A stretch of DNA of 64,000 bases from Ignavibacteriota bacterium (GTDB lineage: Bacteria > Bacteroidota > Ignavibacteria > Palsa-1295). Below are positions 54,203 to 64,000 of the stretch, in pieces. Each line of letters opens with the position of its first letter. Within the stretch, counting starts at the first letter, position 1. The translations under genes were made by a program, and so were the position numbers. Below the pieces are notes generated by a model, which saw nothing but the letters and a program-made list of their open reading frames with translations, was not told where the DNA came from and made no database searches. The stretch lies in the NCBI GenBank assembly GCA_963776895.1, contig CAVZOL010000001.1, forward strand, positions 89,321-153,320. The letters run 5' to 3'.

Positions 54203-54625
54203 AATATATTGAAGGGATAGCGGTTGAAGCCCGCATGTGCTTATTGCTTCGAAAGTCCGGATGGCAAAAGCCACTCTGACTCACAAAATGTGTGGTTAAA
54301 TCAATTGGGTTGACGTTCTTACAAGCCGGTGGATGGTGCCAAGAGCTTGATTAGGAAGTCGGTAACAGTTGGCGAGTTGCGAATCTGTTGCTGTTTCGGC
54401 AACTACGCTTTCAGACCAATGATCGAAGGAGTTCGTTCAAACTGAGAAATTCAAATAGGCTCCGGTCACCGTGATTGCAATAAAGGAAAATATCAAGTGA
54501 TTCTCACAGAAGACCGTCGGATGTTGGTCTTGGGATCGGAGGGTTTGGGCACGAGCGTTTCGGAGCTTCGGAATGGCTCTAACCATACCTGTAGTCGCAT
54601 TATTCTACTAAAGATCACCATAGTT
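54203..54625 (-). promoter_or_regulatory. Long (~420 nt) untranslated region upstream of rho (candidate autoregulatory leader)
   Basis: No credible ORF. Stretches that are G-rich on the plus strand are C-rich in the rho-sense transcript. Confidence 0.3.
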
Positions 54626-55919
54626 TCAGGTGATAGACTTATTGTCTTTTACGCCCGTCAAACGTCTAAAACTGAGTTTGTTGCTGGAAAGTTCTCTTAG
54701 AAATTCGCCGACGACAAAATGGGAGCCTGAAAGAAGGAGTACGTTTCCTGGAGAAGCATATTCCATTGCCATCTGAATGCCCTGGATAACGCTCCCGCCA
54801 TTTTTAGATGGAATCCCAATGGAGGCAGCAAGAGAAGCAAGCTCGGCACTCGGCAGTGCTCGTGGAGTATTTGCTGAAACAGCTATAAAATCCTCAGAAA
54901 TATCTTTTATTAAATGGAGGACTTCGGCGACATCTTTATCCCGCATAATCCCCAAAATTACTATTGGCCGGACATTCATTTCATCGAAAAATTGCCGAAT
55001 GGACTGAATTGCTTCAGGATTATGACCCACATTGAGGAAAAGGCGGAGATTTCGCTCACGCAATTCTGGCCATTCAATTTCTTCGAGCCGGCCGCGAAGT
55101 CCGGTTAGGTGGGATATATCACGTATTGCCTTTGTAATTATTTCGTCAGAAAAATTGATAGGGCATCAAACTCAACGTTGTGCGAACCGTCTGTAAATTC
55201 TCTATTTGATGTGCTCCGGGGAAGGCCGGTTCCCATACCTCGTTTTCGGATAGACTTGCTTTGACATTGCGCACAAATGTAATGGGTGATCCGACCACCA
55301 TAGCATGATTCATAAAAATCGATTCTAGTTCTGGCAAGCAATTCACTATGGCCGGGACACCTGGTTTGAAAATTCCCGCTTTTTCTCTCGCAATGTCTTC
55401 CAGCGTGGGACCAAGCTGCGCATGATGATCATGCCCGATCGAGGTGATGACCGTAGCGAGCGGTCGTTCAAGCACGTTCGTAGCATCTAATCTGCCTCCC
55501 AGCCCCGTTTCAATGATCGCAATTTCGACTTTGTGTCGAGCAAAATGATCGAACGCCATTGCCGTAGTCACTTCGAAAAAAGTGGCTCGAAGCTCTTCCA
55601 CTCGCGGCCATATTCGTTCGAGGAAGTTCGCCACTTCCTCTTGCGAGATCATTTCGCCATTGATGCGAATGCGTTCCCGAAAATCCACCAGATGTGGCGA
55701 AGTGTAAAGCCCCGTTCGTTTTCCGGCAACTTGATGAACTGCCGCAAGCATAGCAGCCACGCTGCCTTTGCCGTTCGTGCCGGCAATATGGATCGAATCA
55801 AACTTACGCTCCGGATGCCCAAGCTCTTCAAGCAATGCTCGGATATTATCCAGTCCGAGTTTCATGCCGAAGAACTCGAGTTTGTAGAGCGCGTCAAGCC
55901 GTTCCTGATATTCACTCAT
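54626..55919 (-). pseudogene. folC: Bifunctional folylpolyglutamate synthase/dihydrofolate synthase FolC, split by a 1-nt homopolymer indel
   Basis: N-terminal part ...HIAGTNGKGSVAAM...ETGLGGRLDATN...SIGHDHH stops at 55146. The C-terminal part (GRLEEI...LNVGHNPEAI...) is in another frame. Removing one A from the A5 run at 55150-55154 gives ...MPYQFSDEIITKAIRDISHLTGLRGRLEEI. Confidence 0.85.
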
Positions 55920-57670
55920 ACTTCGGCAAGGCGTGATTTCTTCTGCTGATTGGGACCTTTCTTTACAGCTTCCGAGATCAGCGATCGAGCATTCTCCAGC
56001 GCGCCTGTCGTTAAAACATCTCCGGAAATAAGCCGCGCGACTTCTTCAACATGTTCTGCATCAGTCAACCTTCGAAGTCGTGACGAAGTCACTCCTTTCA
56101 CTGCATTTTTCTCTGCTAAATAATGCGAATCGCCGCAAGCAGCGATCTGGGCAAGGTGCGTTATCGCGATAGTCTGGTGGTCTTCCGAAAGTGACTTCAT
56201 TGCTCGGCCCACTCGCTGAGCCACGCGACCTGATATGCCAATATCGATCTCATCGAATATAAGAAGCGGCATCCTGTCAGCTTTGGCGAGAACGGTTTTC
56301 AGTGCGAGCATGATACGAGATACTTCGCCGCCGGAAGCTACCCGCGTTAACGGTTTTGGAGTTTCACCGGCATTGGTCGAAATGAAAAATTCCACATTAT
56401 CAAACCCCCTGGCATTCGAAATGAAGCATCCAGTATCCGCTTCCAGTGCCAGAGGCTCATCATTGCTTGCCGCTTCCTGCGTAATTTCAACTTTGAACTG
56501 CGCATGCTCGATACCCAATTCTTTCAGGATAGCTACGATCTGCGGTTCCAATTTTTTTGCTTGCTCGATACGGGCTTTCGAAAGCTTCACTGCAATTTTC
56601 GATAAGCGCGGACGAATCTCAGCAAGCTCGCTCTCTTTCGATAGGATCCTTTGCTCGAATTCCTCCTCGAACAAAAGCTTTTCTTCGATCTCTCGCTTTT
56701 TTTCCAAAACCGCTTCGAGCGTTCCGCCAAATTTCTTTTTTAATCGTTGGATCCCTTGTGCTCGATCTCTCAGTTCCGCAAGCTCTTTGGAGTCAAGCGA
56801 GATGCGGCCTGCGTAATCGCTGAACCATCGGGAAAGCTCGCTTACTATTGCTAATGCCGATTTCACCTCGCCGAGCGGCTCTTCAAGCGCCGGATCGACG
56901 GACGTGAGCCGTGTTAATTGCTCGCGTACCATTCCTAATTTCTCCGTAGCCGATTCTTCGCCATCGTAAAGTAACTCGTGAATGCTCGATGCAGCACTCT
57001 GAAGTTCCTCAGCATTTTCCAAAACCTTCAGCCGAGCTTCTATTGCTTCATCTTCTCCTTCTACCGGATTGATCGCACTAATTTCTCGAAGCTGAAATGC
57101 GTGAAGTTCCTGCTCTTCGTCGGCTCTCGTCTTGCGCGATCTCATTTCTGAAATCTCTGCAAGCAATCTCGTTAAGGCGCTGCGAAGATTCCTGAATTCG
57201 ATTACCGTCGCTTCTAATCCACCAAATTCATCGAGCATCTGGATATGTGTTCCGGCTCTTAGCAGCGATTGATGCTCGTGTTGTCCATGCAGATCGACCA
57301 AAATCTCACCCAGCGATTTCAACACCTGCGCGCTCACCGGCGAATCGTTCACAAATCCCCGGCTTGTGCCACGCTGGGTCACTTCCCGGCGGATCACCAG
57401 GGCGTCTTGCGATTCTATTTCGTTCTCTGCGAAAAAACTACTGAGTTCCCGATCATTTACGCTATCGAACTCTGCCTCGACGATCGTTTTATCGGCTCCG
57501 GCACGTACCATATCCGATGCAGCCCGATCGCCGAGCAGCAAACCGAACGCTCCGAGAATGATCGACTTACCCGCTCCGGTCTCGCCGGTAATGATATTCA
57601 GCCCAGCAGTGAACTCGACCGAAAACTCGTCGATGAGCGCGTAGTTCTTTATGTAAAGAGAACGTAACAA
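55916..57670 (-). CDS. recN: DNA repair protein RecN
   Basis: 584 aa with TTG start. LRSLYIKNYALIDEFSVEF...ITGETGAGKSI, long coiled coil, ASGGEVSRIMLAL signature, LLIFDEIDIGISG. Confidence 0.93.
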   Translation of the reverse strand: MLRSLYIKNYALIDEFSVEFTAGLNIITGETGAGKSIILGAFGLLLGDRAASDMVRAGADKTIVEAEFDSVNDRELSSFFAENEIESQDALVIRREVTQRGTSRGFVNDSPVSAQVLKSLGEILVDLHGQHEHQSLLRAGTHIQMLDEFGGLEATVIEFRNLRSALTRLLAEISEMRSRKTRADEEQELHAFQLREISAINPVEGEDEAIEARLKVLENAEELQSAASSIHELLYDGEESATEKLGMVREQLTRLTSVDPALEEPLGEVKSALAIVSELSRWFSDYAGRISLDSKELAELRDRAQGIQRLKKKFGGTLEAVLEKKREIEEKLLFEEEFEQRILSKESELAEIRPRLSKIAVKLSKARIEQAKKLEPQIVAILKELGIEHAQFKVEITQEAASNDEPLALEADTGCFISNARGFDNVEFFISTNAGETPKPLTRVASGGEVSRIMLALKTVLAKADRMPLLIFDEIDIGISGRVAQRVGRAMKSLSEDHQTIAITHLAQIAACGDSHYLAEKNAVKGVTSSRLRRLTDAEHVEEVARLISGDVLTTGALENARSLISEAVKKGPNQQKKSRLAEV

Positions 57671-57672
57671 TT

Positions 57673-57803
57673 AAAAATTAAGAATTAAGAATTAATAGGA
57701 AGGCTATTTCGGAGCATTTAGTGTCCGAGTTCCCTTAAAATTGGAATGGGGACAAATACAGCCCCCATTCTTAATTCTTAATTTTTAATTCTTAATTCTT
57801 AAT
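57673..57803. repeat. Inverted TAAGAAT-heptamer arrays flanking the rplS terminator
   Basis: aaaaattaagaattaagaattaat (57673-96) is the reverse complement of atttttaattcttaattcttaat (57781-803). Confidence 0.7.
57744..57770 (-). terminator. Stem-loop terminator candidate downstream of rplS
   Basis: Minus strand reads GAATGGGGG-ctgtatttgt-CCCCATTC followed by caatttta. Confidence 0.5.
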
Positions 57804-57805
57804 TA

Positions 57806-58147
57806 TCAAGTCGTCTTACGGCGTACATCCTTCGAGCCTAAACCGCGGAGGTGGTACAGCTTCGCCCGGCGAACCTGACCGGCCGATACGAAATCTATCT
57901 TCGCGATACGCGGCGAGTGGATAGGGAAGATACGCTCGACGCCCACGCCATTCGAGATCTTGCGGACGGTCACCGTTTCATTCAATCCCGAACCGCGGCG
58001 CGCTATGACGATTCCCTCGAAATGCTGGATGCGCTCCTTATCGCCCTCGACGACGCGCACCGACACGTTAATGATGTCCCCAGACCGGAATTGAGGTATA
58101 TCCTGACGAAGCTGAGCGAGGTTAACGGCGTGTATGATCTGTTCCAT
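57806..58147 (-). CDS. rplS: 50S ribosomal protein L19
   Basis: [65 protein letters not shown]. Confidence 0.95.
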   Translation of the reverse strand: MEQIIHAVNLAQLRQDIPQFRSGDIINVSVRVVEGDKERIQHFEGIVIARRGSGLNETVTVRKISNGVGVERIFPIHSPRIAKIDFVSAGQVRRAKLYHLRGLGSKDVRRKTT

Positions 58148-58293
58148 GTGGGTAAAGTGAGGAGTATGTTCGTATTACAGGATAATTATGTCCCAATTTT
58201 GGGCGGGCAATAACCGCGATGCCCGCCAAGAAGTTCACGATAACCCACTTGCTGTAATTCACATAAAAATCACGTTTTATAGTGTCTCCAAGA

Positions 58294-58586
58294 AATAGGT
58301 GCCGTTTTTCTTTCTTGTGAGTTCCCGATGCCCCCTCAATTCCAAGCCATTTTCGACATTTGTTGCAAAAGTTATTCACATTTTGCTTTCCCGAAGAACT
58401 CGTTCACTCCGAAAACCACCGCCGCATCAATTGTCAATGAACTCTCCACGCTCCGCATATCTTACTTCTTAACTCTTACTTCTTACTTATCTCCTCCCTT
58501 TCATACTTCATAATTCATACTTCATAATTGTCATAGGTGCCCATCAAAGTAGATACCAATATACGCACTTAAAAACCCAAAGTCAA
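58294..58586 (-). ncRNA. Copy C of the promoter-bearing conserved element; forms the 5' part of the rplS leader
   Basis: Minus strand reads TTGACT (58586-81), 17 nt, TATATT (58563-58), 11 nt, TGATGGGCACC (58546-36), then heptamers and the core. GGCACCTAT occurs at both ends (58541-33 and 58303-295). Confidence 0.45.
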
Positions 58587-58706
58587 GTGTTTTCTGAAAA
58601 TAAATTAAACTAAATGACCCCGTAGCGCAGGCGTCCTCGCCTGTCCCCCGGGTTTCGTGTGTTAAGGAGATTAGGGGACCGGCGGCCCTACATAACCTTT
58701 ATCTCT

Positions 58707-59978
58707 TTACCGCTGTACCACCACACTCCGTGACTCGACATACCCACCCGCCGACACCCGTATAAAATATATTCCGGTTGGCACACCCGAAACATCCACC
58801 GCAACCCCCGACGGTAGGGGCGTGTTACGCACGTCCTGCTCCCGCCCCAACGCATCGTACATCTCGATCTCCGGCTGCGCAGTGCCGGATAGTGTAATGG
58901 TAATTTCATCCTGCGCCGGATTGGGATAAATCCCAATACTCGAATCAACAATAGGCGTTGCCTGAACACCTAAATCCCCAAAATTAAGTTTATATACCGC
59001 ATCGTAACCTCCCACATAAGCCGTATTCGAATCGGGAAATGAAGTAAAACCCCCTCCAGATTCCAAATCGACAGAATCCGTTTGCCAACTTTTGCCACCA
59101 TCAGAAGTGTAGCTTCTTATTAAAGATTTGGAGCTACCATTTGCAGTTGCAATACCATGAATCGAATCGAGGAAGGAGATCGAAGTAAATGAACTAAAAG
59201 TTTCAATTTGTCCCGATACTTGAATCCATGTTGAACCTGTATCAGTGGAATGAAAAATCTCAAAACCATCCGCGAACCATGCATCGCGCAGGTCTGGGAA
59301 GGAAAGGCTAACCGCGGAACCAAATTGCGCCCAATCTTGGGGAGTTGTGAACACCCAAGTCATTCCGCTATCCGTCGTTCGTAGGACAAGGGCAGCATAA
59401 TCATTGCATATTGCCAGACCAATCTTTGGATTGCAAAACTGGATTTGATAGACATCGAAATTGCTGCTATCCCCGCCAGGAACATTGACTGGCTGCCAAT
59501 CTTTTCCGCCATCGGATGTCCTATAAATTTGACCGTAACTTCCCTCAAACCCGACGAGAGTGTCGACAAAACAAATACATTGTACAAGGAAGGCGTCCGT
59601 ATCTTTGTTCGTATTGAGTTCCCAATTCTTGCCGCCATCGCCGGTGTGGTGAACAAGCGCTTCATTGCAAAACCAAATATGGTTTACATTGAGAAAGCTC
59701 GAATTGCTGCCATAATTCGATTTGGGGAAGTTAATTGTCAAGTTGGGATCGTCCACAGTGTCCCACGACATGCCACCATTCAAAGTCAATGCAGATACCC
59801 CACTTCCTTCTTCGCAGACGGCACCACCGCCTGAGTCAAAAAAACCCATTCCAACTAATGGCCATCGCGTGAAAAAGCTACAATGGCAGGAATCGGTTTG
59901 ATAAACTTTCGTCCATTGCGTGGTTGCAATATCGCAAGTCGCAAGCATGAAAATCAGTATAACGGCTAAGTGTTTCAT
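58707..59978 (-). CDS. BNR/Asp-box single-propeller (Ycf48/sortilin-like) protein with T9SS sorting domain
   Basis: Boxes [41 protein letters not shown]-terminus [14 protein letters not shown]...GIYFIRV...VVVQR. Confidence 0.75.
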   Translation of the reverse strand: MKHLAVILIFMLATCDIATTQWTKVYQTDSCHCSFFTRWPLVGMGFFDSGGGAVCEEGSGVSALTLNGGMSWDTVDDPNLTINFPKSNYGSNSSFLNVNHIWFCNEALVHHTGDGGKNWELNTNKDTDAFLVQCICFVDTLVGFEGSYGQIYRTSDGGKDWQPVNVPGGDSSNFDVYQIQFCNPKIGLAICNDYAALVLRTTDSGMTWVFTTPQDWAQFGSAVSLSFPDLRDAWFADGFEIFHSTDTGSTWIQVSGQIETFSSFTSISFLDSIHGIATANGSSKSLIRSYTSDGGKSWQTDSVDLESGGGFTSFPDSNTAYVGGYDAVYKLNFGDLGVQATPIVDSSIGIYPNPAQDEITITLSGTAQPEIEMYDALGREQDVRNTPLPSGVAVDVSGVPTGIYFIRVSAGGYVESRSVVVQR

Positions 59979-59983
59979 TTCTC

Positions 59984-61966
59984 TTAGAGAACAATATTTT
60001 TAATGATAGAATTGTTTCCCGATTTTATTACGAGAAAATATGCTCCGTTCGCAAAATTTGAAATGGATTGCACGAATTTCTGCTCGCCATCGGGAGAACT
60101 TGTTTCGAATGTCAGCTTTGTCGAGCGGCCATCCTCTGTCACAAGATCAAGCTCGATCGGAGCGCCGACGGCTTGAACATCTAATGTCAAAGTTTTAGAC
60201 GAGTGATCGATCATTAAGTAGTTGACTCGAAGGGAATCTTCTGTTTGTACAACGTCACCCTGGGGCGCAGCTTTCGGTGGAAGAACTTCCATTAATGATG
60301 TCGAAGAATCGAGAACTCCTAATTGGTTCGCAACAAAACCTTTAATATGGATAGTCGGATGACTGACCGGAGAGAGCAACGTATCGATGAACGTTGTGGA
60401 ATCGCTGACGGAACTATCCGCAAACGTAAGAGGCATTAGTTGTTCTGGCCCGTCATTGATGGTATATTCGACAAAACCGAATGGAACCACAGTTGTGTCG
60501 TCAATGCCCGTCAGTTGGATTGCAAGATGAGTGGAATCGACGGGAATTGCTATGAAATTTGTGATAACAGGAGGGGTGGTATCTAATATCATGACGCTTT
60601 GGGCATTATACATGAAAGCGCCGCTATCGTAAAGCGGAGTCGTGGCAGTAGCATAAACCAGACCGTTAAGATTAATCCGTTTGCCGTTTCCTACATTGGA
60701 ACATGAATCCGATGGAAAATAAACGATGAACGTCATGCCGCGATCTAAATATTGCTCTGGAGGTATCTCAAATTGGAACTCGAATTTGAGCGTATCGGAT
60801 TGACAGTCACCTACTGTGTCTGTCCAAACCCAACCGCTATCGATCACAGCCGCACCATGAGAAGTATCTTCCGGCGCGTAAATCATTAGCTCGGAGCCGG
60901 CGGGCGCACCATCAAGTTCTCCGATAAATTCCGCCTGATAGACCGTGTGCGCGTTCGCTGTATCCGCTACTGACGAAGTTGCCTGATTGCCAATGGGGAA
61001 CGACACGATGCCAGTAGGGTAACTTCTACCGTGATAAGCTGTTTCAATTCTCTGCGGGTAATACCATATAGAATTGATGCAGGTTGCATCGTCAATTTGT
61101 AGAGAAACCTCCTGACCAGGTTCATTCCCAAAATCGCAGCCACTCCCCGGAAGGAATTGGCATCCCTTTAAAAAATCCATATAGTATCCATTATAGTTCC
61201 AAGTCGAGATACTCGAATCCTTGATATTTGCCGTATTTGGAGAAAGGATTATCGGTTGTGTCGCTGTATCCAACGTGGGACCACTACCTTCATGAGTAGC
61301 TAAAATAGGCGCATAGACCGTTTGCCAATTGCCGCCGATCCAAATGCTATGGCCGGGAGCGAGATTTACGTCTGTGCATCCGAAATAGTATGACCAATCT
61401 TCTACAAAAGTTGGCGGGAGGGGGGCGCAAGTATAGTTACATCCCGTGCTACATGCACCGCACGAGTTTTGTGTCAATTGCCAGTCCATCAAGGTTGTTC
61501 CAAAAGCATCCGTGTCTAAGTTCATTATGAGACCCACAGAATCGAGCATCGAATCGAGCTTAAGACTGTAATTTGTATCAAGATGATTTTGGGCCATTTC
61601 GGGCGCGGCGTATTCAACCATCGAACAGGTAACGAAATTTTCGGTACAAGAGGTCTTGTTTTTAAACATTTCGGAGCTTGCTATATACGTCGTGTCCCCC
61701 AAGGTTATCACCGTCGAGTATATAGCAAAATGAACACCGAGGTTCCCACTGGTGGATGAGTCATTGCAAGCGGCTTCATCCGCCCCGGAAGAGGTGTTGC
61801 ACTTAATCAGCCCATAGCCTGTGGTATCGTGCTGAGGGGGGACATAATCACAGTCGCATAACACATCAGGATTCACAACCGCAATCCCACCTTGAGCTTC
61901 CGCTTTTTGATTGAAGTTGAAGAATGCTATTATTACGACTGAAAGGAAAAGCAGTCTCGATTTCAT
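59984..61966 (-). CDS. Large secreted hypothetical protein (660 aa) with CTD-like C-terminus
   Basis: Signal peptide [25 protein letters not shown]. Cys-rich N-terminal half. C-terminal ~80 aa (...[23 protein letters not shown]) resembles a T9SS sorting domain but lacks the YPNP box. Confidence 0.55.
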   Translation of the reverse strand: MKSRLLFLSVVIIAFFNFNQKAEAQGGIAVVNPDVLCDCDYVPPQHDTTGYGLIKCNTSSGADEAACNDSSTSGNLGVHFAIYSTVITLGDTTYIASSEMFKNKTSCTENFVTCSMVEYAAPEMAQNHLDTNYSLKLDSMLDSVGLIMNLDTDAFGTTLMDWQLTQNSCGACSTGCNYTCAPLPPTFVEDWSYYFGCTDVNLAPGHSIWIGGNWQTVYAPILATHEGSGPTLDTATQPIILSPNTANIKDSSISTWNYNGYYMDFLKGCQFLPGSGCDFGNEPGQEVSLQIDDATCINSIWYYPQRIETAYHGRSYPTGIVSFPIGNQATSSVADTANAHTVYQAEFIGELDGAPAGSELMIYAPEDTSHGAAVIDSGWVWTDTVGDCQSDTLKFEFQFEIPPEQYLDRGMTFIVYFPSDSCSNVGNGKRINLNGLVYATATTPLYDSGAFMYNAQSVMILDTTPPVITNFIAIPVDSTHLAIQLTGIDDTTVVPFGFVEYTINDGPEQLMPLTFADSSVSDSTTFIDTLLSPVSHPTIHIKGFVANQLGVLDSSTSLMEVLPPKAAPQGDVVQTEDSLRVNYLMIDHSSKTLTLDVQAVGAPIELDLVTEDGRSTKLTFETSSPDGEQKFVQSISNFANGAYFLVIKSGNNSIIKNIVL

Positions 61967-63059
61967 ATTTACCTCGAATGTTTAGTGAAGGAATGATGTG
62001 TTTGGTTAGTTTGGAATATTTCGGCTTTTGAAAATCCGGTCGCTCAGTAAAACTTGTATCCGTCAGGCTATTCAAAAAAGCAATGAGATCATTAAAATCC
62101 GACGGCGTCAAATAGAGTGGATGAATCAGCGAGTCCTGCGTCGCATTCTGCCTGCCACCAACGTTGTAATTGTTTATAACTGCCAGGAAATTGCTAAAGC
62201 TGCCATCGTGCATATATGGCGGCGTGAGCATAGCGTTCCTCAAAGATGGTGTGCGGAACTTTCCGTTATCGGCAGGATTATGAGTGACATCTTCACGGCC
62301 TATGTCAGGATATATGACATAAAGACCTGTAGAGTGATATGCGTTGTCGGTAAAATTAATTCCACTATGGCATTTCGAGCAATTTGTTTTGGAACTGTTG
62401 AACAGCGCAAGTCCATTTTTCGCAGAAGCAGAAAGAGCTGTGGAATCGCCTTGCATGTATCGGTCATAGGCACTCTCACCACTAATAAGCGTGCGCTCGA
62501 AGGTAGCAATTGCTTGTTCGATATGCGTGAATGTAATTGGGCTTGTTCCGCCGAATGCTTCCGCAAACATTTCGCGGTAATATGGGATATTATTTAACGT
62601 TGCAACAAGCGTTACACTATCGCTGCCCATTTCGGTGGGATTTAATATTGGCACGCTGGCTTGCATTTCCAGCGAGTTGGCGCGACCATCCCAGAAAAAG
62701 GTGGTATCGTATGCGACGTTCATCAGTCCCGGCACGTTTCGCGTTCCTTGCTGACCATTTACACCCGTGCTAACCGAATTACCCGAGTCCGAAAAACTCG
62801 CCGTAACGGAGTGGCAGCTTGAGCAGGACTTCGTGTTGTTATAGCTAAGTCTGGTTTCGTAAAATAAATCCCTCCCCAACTCGATCTTTGCAGGCGTGAT
62901 CGGATTATCCGCCGGAACGACGGGCTGCGGGAACCCTGGCGGAATAATGAGTTGGTCTTGCGGAAATTGTGGCGCAGAGGAACCCGTCGTGCTTTGCTGA
63001 CACGATGCAAGAAAAAGTGCGAAGATGATTAGCGCGAAGTGTTTCATTATGAAACGCAT
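61866..63059 (-). CDS. Di-haem cytochrome c peroxidase family lipoprotein (CCP3; canonical PYMHDG motif, no T9SS tail)
   Basis: Start at [20 protein letters not shown] (lipobox). CSSCH and [46 protein letters not shown]. The 3' end overlaps the next ORF by 101 nt. Confidence 0.85.
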   Translation of the reverse strand: MRFIMKHFALIIFALFLASCQQSTTGSSAPQFPQDQLIIPPGFPQPVVPADNPITPAKIELGRDLFYETRLSYNNTKSCSSCHSVTASFSDSGNSVSTGVNGQQGTRNVPGLMNVAYDTTFFWDGRANSLEMQASVPILNPTEMGSDSVTLVATLNNIPYYREMFAEAFGGTSPITFTHIEQAIATFERTLISGESAYDRYMQGDSTALSASAKNGLALFNSSKTNCSKCHSGINFTDNAYHSTGLYVIYPDIGREDVTHNPADNGKFRTPSLRNAMLTPPYMHDGSFSNFLAVINNYNVGGRQNATQDSLIHPLYLTPSDFNDLIAFLNSLTDTSFTERPDFQKPKYSKLTKHIIPSLNIRGKYEIETAFPFSRNNSILQLQSKSGSSRWDCGCES

Positions 63060-63147
63060 TCCAATCCCTCGACACAAATATACGACATTATTTGGGACTC
63101 TGCGTAGAGTTTGCTCATCCTGCTTTCCTAAAACTGACTTTAAAGGC

Positions 63148-63387
63148 ATGGACATACTCAAAGTGATTGGCAAAAACGTTCGTTTCTTGCGCGAACAGCA
63201 GGGTTATTCGCAGGAAGAACTTGCTGAAAAATCTGGCATTGATCGATCTTACGTAGGCCACGTAGAACGCGGCGAACGCAATTTGAGTGTAGGTAATCTT
63301 TGTCTTATTTCAGCTGCGCTCAAAGTACATCCAAGCACGCTTTTTATTGAGGACGTATTCCGCTGGGAAGGCAAAATTTCGAAATAG
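63148..63387 (+). CDS. XRE-family HTH transcriptional regulator
   Basis: MDILKVIGKNVRFLREQQGYSQEELAEKSGIDRSYVGHVERGERNLSVGNLCLISAAL. Divergent from CCP3. Confidence 0.85.
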   Translation: MDILKVIGKNVRFLREQQGYSQEELAEKSGIDRSYVGHVERGERNLSVGNLCLISAALKVHPSTLFIEDVFRWEGKISK

Positions 63388-63411
63388 CAGTTCCGCTACG
63401 AGCAGTCCCAC

Positions 63412-63954
63412 TCATTCCAACCTATTAGGCCGGTATTTCACGCGCATACGTTCCCACCAATCGATGAACATGCGGAAATAGCGGCGCTGGGGTTCGAGCA
63501 GGAGATTGTAATCGGCGGCGCAGGCATCGAAACTTGCCGAGAGATACGGCAGCGCGGCGAGTGGAAGGATCTTCAGGATATAATGCTCGTCGCCGGCGCA
63601 CTGCTGGTTCAGATCGGCCGAGTCGATGGCATAAAGCTTCCCAGTGCGAAGAAGCATTCGGAGCGTATCCATATCCTTCGGATCGAGCGAGGCCATGGCG
63701 TTAAGGTCGTCAAACTTCCCCTGCGACACGCGCTGCGTAGTATGGATCGTGATCGTTCCATTGGTATCGATCGTCCAGGAGTCCAGCGGCTTATTGTGCA
63801 ACCCGCTCCCGCTGATATACATGCTGAATTTGAAAATTGGTGGCATAGCAGGAGTGGCCGCATGTGTGGTATCCGCTCCGGATTTCGCAGCCTGCTTGCT
63901 CTGGCACGATGCAAGCACTACCGACGATAAAAGAAGAAGAGTTCTGATTTTCAT
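63412..63954 (-). CDS. Hypothetical lipoprotein (180 aa)
   Basis: MKIRTLLLLSSVVLASC lipobox. No recognisable domain. Confidence 0.5.
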   Translation of the reverse strand: MKIRTLLLLSSVVLASCQSKQAAKSGADTTHAATPAMPPIFKFSMYISGSGLHNKPLDSWTIDTNGTITIHTTQRVSQGKFDDLNAMASLDPKDMDTLRMLLRTGKLYAIDSADLNQQCAGDEHYILKILPLAALPYLSASFDACAADYNLLLEPQRRYFRMFIDWWERMRVKYRPNRLE

Positions 63955-64000
63955 TTCTGATGTTGAAGTAATTCCGCCGCAGCCATAATGGACGCATCGG

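Noticed and set aside
54497-54700. The 67-aa plus-strand ORF in the rho upstream region.
   Set aside because: It has no motif, overlaps the folC 3' end in antisense, and lies in a probable rho leader.
57673-57803. The heptamer and other short tandem repeats as a possible CRISPR array.
   Set aside because: - The units are 7 nt with no spacers of unique sequence.
- No 25-40 nt repeat/spacer periodicity occurs anywhere in the window.
- No cas genes are present.
61866-61966. The 101-nt overlap between CCP3 and the downstream 660-aa ORF as a programmed overlap or fused gene.
   Set aside because: - The CCP family homology ends near ...[18 protein letters not shown].
- The remaining ~60 codons look like unconstrained read-through.
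- Given the indel errors elsewhere, a missed stop or frame error is as likely.
- It is flagged in a finding but not called as a feature.

Overview
This 64-kb window looks like it comes from an FCB-group bacterium (Ignavibacteriota, Bacteroidota or Chlorobiota-like). That is inferred from at least eight proteins ending in T9SS Por-type C-terminal sorting domains. All domain calls come from motif recognition by eye; no database search was run.

Housekeeping genes:
- tRNA-Lys(UUU), ruvA, recQ, rpsO-pnp, trmH, rho, recN and rplS.
- ispH and folC, both frameshifted.

Accessory blocks:
1. 7.2-11.6 kb: an AT-richer islet bounded by repeats. It holds an orphan DUF433 gene and a two-gene cassette, an unknown 176-aa protein translationally coupled to an SNF2-helicase/Mrr-nuclease fusion. 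This is my best candidate for an undescribed defence system.
2. 13.4-25.5 kb: a run of about 20 small genes, all but one on the minus strand. They are repeated paralogs of VOC/PhnB-like, SRPBCC/AHSA1, RibD_C (DHFR-like), GyrI-like and DUF1801 proteins, with ArsR and AraC/GlxA regulators.
3. 28-42 kb: a T9SS-cargo island. Its core is a tandemly duplicated pair of a di-haem cytochrome c peroxidase/MauG-like enzyme and a roughly 710-aa BNR/Asp-box double-propeller protein. It also holds a YHYH protein, two CBM-like lipoproteins, a methyltransferase and a RelE TA pair.
4. 58.7-63.1 kb: a third peroxidase-plus-propeller module.

Non-coding content:
- A three-member family of promoter-bearing conserved elements of about 290 nt. 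Two lie upstream of rpsO and rplS; one is an orphan beside the defence cassette.
- Heptamer-repeat hairpins.
- Large REP/MITE-like palindromes.

At least four +1 indels, mostly in short homopolymers, break conserved genes. Consensus sequencing error is as likely as true decay.
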